NCBI GenBank assembly: GCA_963782055.1
Contig: CAWAIF010000003.1
Span: forward strand, 2,944,001-3,008,000
DNA length: 64,000 bases
Direction: 5' to 3'
DNA from: an uncultured delta proteobacterium
GTDB lineage: Bacteria; Myxococcota_A; Polyangia; Polyangiales; Polyangiaceae
Positions within the stretch are counted from its first letter, which is position 1. The number at the start of each line of letters is the position of its first letter. The notes under the pieces were generated by a model. It did no database searches. It saw nothing but the letters and a program-made list of their open reading frames with translations, and was not told the origin of the DNA. Shown one piece after another: positions 40,991 to 49,945 of this stretch. The position numbers were made by a program, and so were the translations under genes.

Positions 40991-41419
40991 CTAGCCGCAG
41001 ACCAGGTAGCAGTCGCGGCCCTGCAACATCCCGCACTGGTCGGGGGCCGCGCAGTAAGGCGGGGGCGGCTTGCACGGCTCCGGCTTGCACGGCGCTTCCT
41101 TCGGGCAGGTCTGGTCGAAGGTCGAGCCCGGTGGGCACGTGACCGTCCCGCCGTCGGTGCCGTCACCCGGCTCGCACGCGATCTGTATGCCGCCGCAGCA
41201 CGGGTGCACGCACACGTCGCCGCTGCTGCACATCGCCTCGCCGCAGGGGTAGGGCCCCGACGTGTCCGGTGCGCCGTCGACCGGCGCGCCGTCCTTGCCC
41301 CCGCCGCCGTCGGTCGTGCCGCCGTCGTCGGTGGAGGCGTCGCCGCCGCTGTCGAAGGTGGAGCCGCCGCACGCGACGAGCAGGAGGGCGAGGGAGCCGA
41401 AGGCAAGGATCCGCTTCAT
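40991..41419 (-). CDS. Small Cys-rich lipoprotein (paralogue A)
   Basis: Lipobox LVAC; GPYPCG..MC..GDVCVHPCCGG...CPPGST...GRDCY. Confidence 0.75.
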   Translation of the reverse strand: MKRILAFGSLALLLVACGGSTFDSGGDASTDDGGTTDGGGGKDGAPVDGAPDTSGPYPCGEAMCSSGDVCVHPCCGGIQIACEPGDGTDGGTVTCPPGSTFDQTCPKEAPCKPEPCKPPPPYCAAPDQCGMLQGRDCYLVCG

Positions 41420-41577
41420 GCACGGGCCCCAAGCAAACCGTGGGCCGGCGCCGCTGCGGGACCGAAACCGGCGGAGGTCCGGGGAGAAGGCCCCCCCGCC
41501 GCGCTTCGGTGAAGCTGTGCCGCCCTGGGCCAGTGCGCGAACGGTCCGTCAGGGGGCTCGGGAGCAAGCGCGTCTCT

Positions 41578-42084
41578 CTAGGCACAGAGGCCGTAGCAGT
41601 CGCGTCCCTCCCATTCAGTGGACTGGGCCCCGTAGACGCACGAGGCCGGCGTTCCGCAATGAGGTGGTGACGACGGCGGCGGAGCGAAGCACGGAAAATC
41701 CTGATCCCGGCACTCGTTCGTGTCGAGGGTGGTGCCGGGCGGGCACGATACCGCGCCCGCGTCGCTACCGGCGTCGGTGCCAGGTGCGGCATCGGCACCG
41801 GCGTCGGTGCCAGGTGCGGCATCGGCACCGATACCCGCGTCGCCGCCGTCCGGGGCAGCGCCAGCCTCCGGCAACTCGGCGGCAACGCACGGGGTGACAC
41901 CGCCGCCGACGCACGGATGAATGCAGGCCTGGCCGGTCTGGCAGGTCGCGCTGCCGCACGCATAGGGTCCCTGCAGGTCGGGGGTCGTCCCCGCCGGAGT
42001 GGAGCTGCTGCAGGCGAGGAACACGCCGGCCAGCGGCAGGAGGGCGAGGAGGGCGACCCGGGACGAACGTTTCATGGGATGCAT
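41578..42084 (-). CDS. Small Cys-rich lipoprotein (paralogue B)
   Basis: Lipobox FLAC; GPYACG..TC..GQACIHPCVGG...CPPGTT...GRDCY; start may be 42075. Confidence 0.75.
   Translation of the reverse strand: MHPMKRSSRVALLALLPLAGVFLACSSSTPAGTTPDLQGPYACGSATCQTGQACIHPCVGGGVTPCVAAELPEAGAAPDGGDAGIGADAAPGTDAGADAAPGTDAGSDAGAVSCPPGTTLDTNECRDQDFPCFAPPPSSPPHCGTPASCVYGAQSTEWEGRDCYGLCA
41771..41830 (+). repeat. Exact 30-bp tandem duplication (GCGTCGGTGCCAGGTGCGGCATCGGCACCG x2) encoding GADAAPGTDA on the minus strand
   Basis: Copies at 41771..41800 and 41801..41830. Confidence 0.9.
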
Positions 42085-42218
42085 GCGAGCACGAAGAGTG
42101 CCAGACGGGTCGCGAGCCGGAAGCAGCGAGATCCTTCCGGGACACGCGAGCTGGCGCGTCGGTGAGCGTGTGCCGCCCTGAGCCGGATCCCGGCGGCTCG
42201 TGCTAGGACTGTCCCCCC

Positions 42219-45200
42219 ATGGCCGCGCGCAAGCCCGTCTTCCAGAAGGTGCCCACCGAGATGAACTTCCCCGCCGAGGAGAAGGCCATTCTCGAGCTCT
42301 GGAAGGCGAAGGACGTCTTCCAGAAGTCGCTGGCGAAGCCGGCGGAGGCGGGCAAGGGGGACTTCGTCTTCTACGAGGGCCCGCCCACCGCCAACGGTCT
42401 GCCGCACAACGGCCACGTCCTCACGCGCGTCATCAAGGATCTCTTCCCGCGCTACCGGACGATGCGCGGCTATCACGTCGGCCGCAAGGCGGGCTGGGAC
42501 ACCCACGGCCTGCCGGTCGAGGTGGAGGTGGAGAAGGAGCTCCGCATCCACGGCAAGGCGGCGATCGAGGCCTACGGCGTCGAGCCGTTCATTGCAAAGT
42601 GCATCGACTCGGTCTTCCGCTACACGCGGGAGTGGGAGGAGCTGACCGAGCGCATCGGCTTCTGGGTGGACCTCGGCGACGCGTACGTCACCTACCACAA
42701 GAGCTACGTGGAGAGCGTGTGGTGGGCGCTCAGCAAGCTCTTCGAGAAGGGCCTGCTCTACAAGGGCCACAAGGTGGTCTGGTGGTGGGCGCAGGGCGGG
42801 ACGGCGCTGTCGGCGGCGGAGGTGGGGCAGGGGTACCGCACCGTCGACGATCCGAGCGTGTACGTGCGGTTTCCGGTCCACGGACACAAGGAGAAGACGT
42901 CGCTGGTGGTGTGGACGACGACGCCCTGGACGCTGCCGTCCAACATGTACGCCGCGGTGAAGGCCGACGTCGACTACGTCGAGGTGGAGTACGAGGGCGA
43001 GCGCCTCATCATGGCGGCGGCGCTCCGCGAGACGCTGGCGAAGAAGCTGAAGGCGGAGCTGCCGGTCACCGAGACGTACAAGGGCACGCAGCTCGAGGGT
43101 CTGGGGTACGAGCCGCCTTTCGACCTCTACACGAAGCAGTACGCCCACGATGGCGACCACCTCGCCTGGAACGTGTACGCCGCAGACTTCGTCACCCTCG
43201 ACACCGGCACCGGCATCGTCCACATCGCGCCCGCGTTCGGCGAGGACGACTACAAGCTCTTTCAGTCGGCCGCGTCCGGCGGAAAGTGGCCGAGCCGACA
43301 GCCCGTCTGCGCGGTGAAGCCCGACGGCAGCTTCGTCGACGCGATGGGCCCGAAGTACGCCGGCCGCTGGGTCAAGGACTGCGACAGGGACATCATCCAC
43401 GAGCTGAAGGAGCGCGGACTGCTCCTTCATGCCGAGCAATACCGCCACGAGTATCCCTTCTGCCCTCGCGCGGAGAACGATCCGCTCATCCAGCTCGCGC
43501 GGCCCGCCTGGTACATCCGCACCACCGAGCAGAAGGACCGCGCCATCCAGAACAACCAGGCCGTCCACTGGCTCCCCGAACACATCAAGGAAGGGCGCAT
43601 GGGCGACTTCCTCGCCAACAACGTGGACTGGGCGCTCTCCCGCGAGCGCTGGTGGGGCACGCCCCTCAACGTGTGGGTGTGCGACGAGGACAAGGCCCAC
43701 CTGCACGCGCCGGCGAGCGTCGCGGCGATCGAGGAGATGGCGCCCGGCGCCTTCGACCACTTCCGCGAGGCGAAGAAGAAGGACCCGTCCCTCAACGATC
43801 ATCTCATCGTCCACAAGCCGTGGGTGGATCGCGTCGTCTTCCCCTGCACCCACGAGGGATGCAGCGGCACGATGAAGCGCGTGCCGGAGGTCATCGACTG
43901 CTGGTTCGACTCCGGGTCGATGCCCTTCGCGCAGTGGGGCTTTCCCCACGTGCCGGGCAGCGAGGACAAGCTGCGCGCGAACTTCCCCGCGCAGTTCATC
44001 AGCGAGGCGATCGATCAGACCCGCGGCTGGTTCTACTCCCTGCTCATGATCTCCACCCTCCTCTTCGACGAGAAGACGTGTGCAGACTACAAGCTCCCCC
44101 CGGCGCTGCCGCACCCGTACCAGACGTGCATCGTCCTCGGGCACGTCTGCGACAAGGAGGGGAAGAAGGAGTCCAAGAGCCGGGGTAACTACACCCCGCC
44201 GGACATCGTCTACGACGAGGTGAAGCTGGAGTTCGCGGTCGTCTCGGCGAAGGACGCGGCCGAGCGCTTCAAGGCGAAGCTCAAGCCCGGCGCCGACGTG
44301 CTCATCGCGCCGGAGGACATGGAGGGGATGGACCTCGTCGACCCCGCGCAAGGCAAGGAGCTGCGCGCGGCGGGTGGCAAGAAGGCGACGGTCACGGTGC
44401 AGACGGCCAAGGGGCTGCCGCGCCGGGTGCTCGTCCTCTCCGACGCCGTCCTCGCCTCCCTCGGCGTGCGTCCGACGGCCAAGCCGGACGTGAAGCCGGC
44501 GGAGGTCGCGCGCCTGCCTTCCGAGGAACGCGTCGTGCTCTTCGACCCGGCGACGCCCGCGCCCGGCGCCGACGCCTTCCGCTGGTTCTTCTACGCGTCG
44601 TCGCCGCCGTGGTCCAACACGCGCCACTCGCTCAGCAACGTGCGGCACCTGCAGAAGGAGTTCCTGGTCAAGCTGCGCAACACGTACAGCTTCTTCGTCA
44701 TCTATGCGAACATCGACGGCTACGACCCGGCGCACCCGCCGAGCGTCGCGCCCGAGCCGGGCGAGCTGGACCGCTGGATCCTCTCCGAGCTGGCGCAGAC
44801 GACGCAGCGGGTGACCGCCGACATGGACGCCTACGACGTCTACCCGGCGACGCAGAAGCTCGTCGCCTTCGTCGACGGGCTGTCCAACTGGTACGTGCGC
44901 CGCAGCCGCGAGCGCTTCTGGCGCGCCGGCTGGGACGGCGACAAGCGCGCGGCGTTCGACACGCTGTACCGGTGCCTCGAGACGCTGAGCAAGCTCGTCG
45001 CCCCCTTCGTGCCCTTCACGGCAGAGGGCATGCACCAGAACCTGGTCGTCGGTCCCTTCGGGGCGTCGGCGCCGGAGAGCGTGCACCTCGCGAGCTTCCC
45101 CGCCGCCGACGCGTCGACGATCGACGAGCGCCTCTCCGAGCGCATGCGCGCGGTGCGCGAGCTGGTCAGCCTGGGCCTGCAGGTGCGCACGCAGGAGAAG

Positions 45201-45872
45201 ATGAAGGTGCGCCAGCCGCTGCGCACCGCGCACGTGGTGCTCGCGCACGGCGCCGCGCGCGAGGAGCTGGAGGCCGCCACCGGCATGATGAAGGAGGAGC
45301 TCAACGTGCTGGGCATCCACTTCGTCGCGCACGACGAGGCCGGCGCCTACGTGGAGGTGGCGCTCAAGCCCAACTTCCGCACCCTGGGCCAGCGCGGCCT
45401 GGGCAAGGAGGCGCAGAAGCTCAAGGCGGCGATGGGCAAGTGGCCCGCGGCGAAGGCGAGCGAGGTCTACGCGGCGCTTCAGGAGTCGGGCAGCGTGGAG
45501 GTGGAGGGCATCGCCCTCGGTCTCGCCGACGCGGACGTCGCCTTCTCCACCAGGCCCGGCTTCGCCGCGGCGGGCGGGCGCATCGGCGTGGTGGTGCTGG
45601 AGACCACGCTCGACGACGAGCTGCGCGAGCTGGGCTTCTTGCGCGAGCTGCAGAGCAAGGTCCAGGCGATGCGCAAGGACCTGGGCCTGGACTTCGCCGA
45701 CCGCATCGCCCTCGGTCTGAGCGGCGGCGAGCGCCTCGCCGGGATGCTTGCAAAATACAAGGAAGACCTGGCGCGCGAGGTGCTGGCCTCGTCCGTCGGC
45801 GCGGCGGGGGAGGGGGCGCGCGAGGTGGAGGTGGAAGGGGAGCCCGTGCGCGTGAGCGTGCGCAAGGCGTAG
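42219..45872 (+). CDS. ileS: Isoleucine--tRNA ligase, type 2 (eukaryote-like), with variant signatures and large insertion
   Basis: FYEGPPTANG, GWDTHGLP, WTTTPWTLP, GTGIVH.APAFGEDD, DWALSR.R.WG, WFDSGSMPF, FISEAIDQTRGWFY, SNWYVRRSR, KVRQPL; type-2 C-terminus. Confidence 0.96.
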   Translation: MAARKPVFQKVPTEMNFPAEEKAILELWKAKDVFQKSLAKPAEAGKGDFVFYEGPPTANGLPHNGHVLTRVIKDLFPRYRTMRGYHVGRKAGWDTHGLPVEVEVEKELRIHGKAAIEAYGVEPFIAKCIDSVFRYTREWEELTERIGFWVDLGDAYVTYHKSYVESVWWALSKLFEKGLLYKGHKVVWWWAQGGTALSAAEVGQGYRTVDDPSVYVRFPVHGHKEKTSLVVWTTTPWTLPSNMYAAVKADVDYVEVEYEGERLIMAAALRETLAKKLKAELPVTETYKGTQLEGLGYEPPFDLYTKQYAHDGDHLAWNVYAADFVTLDTGTGIVHIAPAFGEDDYKLFQSAASGGKWPSRQPVCAVKPDGSFVDAMGPKYAGRWVKDCDRDIIHELKERGLLLHAEQYRHEYPFCPRAENDPLIQLARPAWYIRTTEQKDRAIQNNQAVHWLPEHIKEGRMGDFLANNVDWALSRERWWGTPLNVWVCDEDKAHLHAPASVAAIEEMAPGAFDHFREAKKKDPSLNDHLIVHKPWVDRVVFPCTHEGCSGTMKRVPEVIDCWFDSGSMPFAQWGFPHVPGSEDKLRANFPAQFISEAIDQTRGWFYSLLMISTLLFDEKTCADYKLPPALPHPYQTCIVLGHVCDKEGKKESKSRGNYTPPDIVYDEVKLEFAVVSAKDAAERFKAKLKPGADVLIAPEDMEGMDLVDPAQGKELRAAGGKKATVTVQTAKGLPRRVLVLSDAVLASLGVRPTAKPDVKPAEVARLPSEERVVLFDPATPAPGADAFRWFFYASSPPWSNTRHSLSNVRHLQKEFLVKLRNTYSFFVIYANIDGYDPAHPPSVAPEPGELDRWILSELAQTTQRVTADMDAYDVYPATQKLVAFVDGLSNWYVRRSRERFWRAGWDGDKRAAFDTLYRCLETLSKLVAPFVPFTAEGMHQNLVVGPFGASAPESVHLASFPAADASTIDERLSERMRAVRELVSLGLQVRTQEKMKVRQPLRTAHVVLAHGAAREELEAATGMMKEELNVLGIHFVAHDEAGAYVEVALKPNFRTLGQRGLGKEAQKLKAAMGKWPAAKASEVYAALQESGSVEVEGIALGLADADVAFSTRPGFAAAGGRIGVVVLETTLDDELRELGFLRELQSKVQAMRKDLGLDFADRIALGLSGGERLAGMLAKYKEDLAREVLASSVGAAGEGAREVEVEGEPVRVSVRKA

Positions 45873-45908
45873 GCCCCACGGGGGCGGGCGGCGTGCGATA
45901 CTCCCCTC

Positions 45909-48438
45909 ATGCGCGCGCGTGATCTCTGGCGCCCCCTGCTCCTCGCCCTCTCCATCCCGCTCTTTCTGGGCGACGACTGCGGAGGCGGGTCCACCGAGAA
46001 GCCCCCGCCAGCCCCGGCGTCGTGGACCAACGCCTCGGGCACGGCGACGGTCGACGTCCAGACCAACCCCTTCGCGCTCGTCATCCGCGACAAGGACGGC
46101 AACGTGTTGCTGGAGTCCGCGCCCTCGAAGAGCGCCGCCGACCCGGCGGACCCGTCGCGCGCGTACTCGCCGCTCGCCATCACCCACAACACCGACGAGA
46201 GCACCACGCCGCTCGTCGTCGGCTGGGACTACTACAAGGGGGAGGACGGCCCGTGGACGCAGGTGGCGCGCGTCACCGACCTCACGTCCACCGCCGACGG
46301 GCTCACCGTCAGGCTGCAGACCGGCGATCCCGCGCAGCCGTCGATGACGGTGAGCGTCACCTCGCAGGGGCCGGGCGTGCACGTCGTCGCCTCGGTCGAT
46401 CCCCTCCGGCGCGTCGCCCGACGCCGCCGCCAACCGCGTGTCGATGGCGTTCAAGCTCCACGACGACGACCACTTCATGGGCTTCGGCGAGCGCTTCGTC
46501 TACTCCGACCACCGCGGGCAGTTCCTCTACTCGTGGGTCGAGGACGGCGGCTTCGGCAAGGGAGAGGACACGCCCCCCGGCCCGGGCGTCCCCGCGCCGA
46601 GCGGCCCCGCGCAGACCAACATCCCCATCCCGTGGTTCATGGACCCGCGCGGCTTCGGCCTGCTGTTCAACACCACCTACCGGACGCGCTACCACCTGGG
46701 CGACGACGCGCCGGACGCCTACCGGCTGGAGGCGACCGAGCCGAAGCTGGACTTCACCGTCTTCGCCGACAAGGACCCGCTCAACCTGGTGGACGACCTC
46801 ACCGCGATCACCGGGCGCCCACCGGAGATCGCCGACTGGGTGCTCGCCCCGCGCCGCCGCGGCAACATCGGCTCAGGCGAGATGGCCAAGCTGCGCGCCG
46901 CGCACATCCCGACGAGCGTCATCGACACCGCGCTGCACTACTTCCCCAACGGCATCGGCAGCCTCGCATCCACCGTCAAGCAGGTCACCGCCGACATCCA
47001 CTCGCACGGGTTCAAGGCGATCACCTACTTCTGCCCCTTCGTCGCCGACACCTTCCACCCCGACTTCGACGAGGCCGTGGCGAAGGGCTACCTGGTCAAG
47101 CACCAGGACGGCACGCCGTACATCGTCTTCGACATCCCCTACAACGCGGGCATGGTGGACTTCACCAACCCCGACGCCGTCACCTGGTACCAGGCGCACC
47201 TGCAGAAGGCGCTGGACGACGGGTGGGACGGCTGGATGTACGACTTCGCCGAGTACGTCCCGCAGGACGCCGTCATGTTCAACGGCATGACCGGCTTCGA
47301 GGCGCACAACCTCTACCCGACGCTCTACCAGAAGGCCGCCTTCGACCTGCTGGAGAAGCAGAAGAAGAAGGACTACCTCATCTTCGTGCGCTCCGGGTAC
47401 ATGGGCACCGGCGGGCGCGTGCCCATGGTGTGGGCCGGCGATCAGAACACCGACTTCTCCCTCTCCGACGGCCTGCCCGCCGCGCTCAACGGCGCGCTCA
47501 ACGCCGGCATGAGCGGCATCCCCCTCTGGGGCTCCGACATCTCCGGCTACCACTACCTGTACAACCCGCCGCCGGACGAGGACGAGTACCTGCGCTGGAC
47601 CGAGCTCGGCGCCTTCTCCGCCGACATGCACGACGAGAACGAGGGCGCCGGCAACGGCCCGGTCTCCGACCGCTGGCAGATCTGGAAGGACCAGTTCTCC
47701 GAGGACACCTACCGCACCTACGCCTCGCTCCACACGCGCCTGCTCCCCTACCTGCGCATCGCGGTGCGCGAGGCGCGCGACCGCGGCACGCCCATCATGC
47801 GGCACCTGTACCTTTACTACCCGAAGGACCCCAAGGTGTATGACCTGGGCGACGAGTACATGCTGGGCGACTCGCTGCTCGTCGCGCCTGTCGTCCAGCG
47901 CGCGCGCACCGCGCGCGACGTGTACCTGCCTGACGCCGAGTACTACGACTACTTCACCGGCGCGCGCGTGACGGGCGGCGGCACCGTCAACGTCGCCGCG
48001 GCGCTCGACCAGGTGCCCGTCTTCGCCAGGGTGGGGGCGATCGTGCCGCTCCTGGCGCACGACGTGGAGACGCTCATCCCGGCGACCGACGGCAGCGGCG
48101 TCGTCTCGATGGCGGACCGTGCGGACGTGGTGGAGGCCGACGTGTTCGCAGGCGGGTCCACCTCGGTGACGCTGGACGACGGCACCACCCTCTCGCAGGA
48201 CGCGCCGACGGGCGCGTTCGACACGCCGGACCCTGCGGCGCAGGGCGCGACGCTCGTCGCCGCCGCGCAGCCGGCCGACCTTCAGACGTGCGACGCCTGC
48301 TTCGTCAACGACTCGGCGACGCGCACCCTGTCGGTCACGCTGCGCACGCAGGGCGACACCGTGACCGCTGGCCCGCTCACCGTGACCATCAAGGCTTCGC
48401 CCGTCGTCAAGCGCTTTCTGCTTCGCGTGCATCATTGA
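45909..48438 (+). CDS. Secreted glycoside hydrolase family 31 (single +1 frameshift near 46403)
   Basis: GFGER, DFTNPDA..W, GWMYDFAE, WAGDQ, WGSDISGY, PIMRHL, EYMLGDSLLVAPV; removing one C from CCCC at 46401..46404 joins ORFs 45909 and 46438. Confidence 0.88.
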
Positions 48439-48559
48439 GCGCGCGGGCGTCGCGCGACACCACGCGCACCCTTTCCGCGCTCCAGGGCCCTCCCTCCTGG
48501 TATGCTCGCTCTTGGTTCGCGCTCGCGCGCGAGCCGGGTAAGCACCTCCTCTTGCGTCG

Positions 48560-49945
48560 GTGACGACGCACACGGTTCGGGGAAGGCACGTGGGGAAGAC
48601 AGCACGCGCGGTCGAACAACGAAGTACGCGCTCCGCCACGCGGGGCGAGCCGCGCCGCACCGAGGGTGCCCGTCCTGCGCCGCTACACTCGGCGAAGGCC
48701 AAGCGGCCGATCGGTCTGACGAAGACCGACCTGGTGAGCAAGGTCGCGCGCGACCGCTTCGCCGAGGAGGTGGACGGCGCCCTCAAGCGCCGCCCGGCGA
48801 ACGAGGCACGCCTCGCCGGCGCGCTGCGCGCGGTCGCCCCGCTCAGCCCGCAGCTCCGGGCCGAGATGGCGGACGCGCTGCGCGTGCTGCTCCGACGCCG
48901 CACCCTGAATCGTGACATCTACGGCGCGGCCATCCGGTCGCTGGCCGAGTGCGAGGACAAGAACGCCGAGGCGCTGCTCAAGCTGGCCCTCGCCGACGGC
49001 GACGCCGGCGGCACGCCCACCCTCTGCGCCGCGGCCCACACCCGCGACGCGGGGCTCGCCCCGCTGCTCGCCAAGGTCGCCGCCAGTCGCCAGTCCCACC
49101 TCGCCTTCGGCGCCGAGACGGCGCGCGTGGTGCGTGGCGAGTCCAACGGCGCGCACCTTGCGGCGCTCGCCCCGATGATCAAGGAGAGCCACCGCATCTC
49201 GCTGTGCGTCGAGCTCTTCGTGCCGCTCGCGCGCCGCGCGCCGTCGCCGCCCGCCATCGCGCGGGCGCTCTATGTCCTGGGCGAGGCGGAGCGCCACCTC
49301 GGCCGCTGGCTCGTCCTGGGGCAGGTCGCGACGAAGGCGGGCGACCGCCGCGCGCTGGAGGAGGCGCGCACCAAGGCGCAGCAGGGGCCGCAGAGCTCCC
49401 GCGCCGCCTGGGCGCTGCTGAGCTGGGCGCTGGCCGACGTCGACGCCCGCACCCGCGGCGAGGCCGCACCGGAGGCGCCCACCACGCGTCCCACGGTCGA
49501 GCTCGTCGCGCGGCTGTCGGATCGGCCCAGCGCGGATCGCGACATGACGTTCCTCTTTCGCATGGCGCACGCCGGCGCCCGCGCCGCGCGGCCCATGCTC
49601 GAGACGCTCGCGAAGGGTCCGCCCCCCGGGGACGAGGCCGGCGTGCGTGCGTGCCTGTACCTGGCGCGCGATCATGGCCGCGAAGATCTGCGCGCGGCGC
49701 TCCGCGCGGTGGCCCGCGGGGAGAAGCGCGAGGAGCTTCGTGGCGTGGCGGCCGCGGCGCTCTGGGACCTGGGCATGCACGAGGACGCGCGCGCCGCCGC
49801 CGATGAGCTGGTGACCTCGCGGCTGCTGGGCAACGTGGCGTGGTCCTCCCTCGTCCGCGCCGCGGCGATGCGCGGAGAAGGGGAGATCGATCCCCTCTGC
49901 ACCGAGACGCACGTCCGGTGGATCCAGCAGGGCTGGCTGGAGTGA
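48560..49945 (+). CDS. Hypothetical all-helical (HEAT/ARM-like) protein
   Basis: 461-aa Ala/Leu/Arg-rich ORF; stop overlaps the next start (GTGA); start uncertain. Confidence 0.65.
   Translation: MTTHTVRGRHVGKTARAVEQRSTRSATRGEPRRTEGARPAPLHSAKAKRPIGLTKTDLVSKVARDRFAEEVDGALKRRPANEARLAGALRAVAPLSPQLRAEMADALRVLLRRRTLNRDIYGAAIRSLAECEDKNAEALLKLALADGDAGGTPTLCAAAHTRDAGLAPLLAKVAASRQSHLAFGAETARVVRGESNGAHLAALAPMIKESHRISLCVELFVPLARRAPSPPAIARALYVLGEAERHLGRWLVLGQVATKAGDRRALEEARTKAQQGPQSSRAAWALLSWALADVDARTRGEAAPEAPTTRPTVELVARLSDRPSADRDMTFLFRMAHAGARAARPMLETLAKGPPPGDEAGVRACLYLARDHGREDLRAALRAVARGEKREELRGVAAAALWDLGMHEDARAAADELVTSRLLGNVAWSSLVRAAAMRGEGEIDPLCTETHVRWIQQGWLE

Noticed and set aside
44190..44564. IleRS insertion as an intein or intron
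   Set aside because: No N-terminal Cys/Ser block, no His-Asn end followed by C/S/T, no endonuclease motif; the frame is continuous
46395..46410. Programmed ribosomal frameshifting in the GH31 gene or sucA
   Set aside because: No slippery heptamer or evident stimulatory structure; several homopolymer-associated indels in one window point to sequencing error
42072..46478. 1468-aa minus-strand ORF antisense to ileS, and many similar long shadow ORFs (e.g. 18784..22305, 9155..11473, 38320..40620)
   Set aside because: Expected in very high-GC DNA where stops are rare in antisense and shifted frames; R/A/G/P-rich or mirror-codon composition, no motifs, and they overlap well-supported genes
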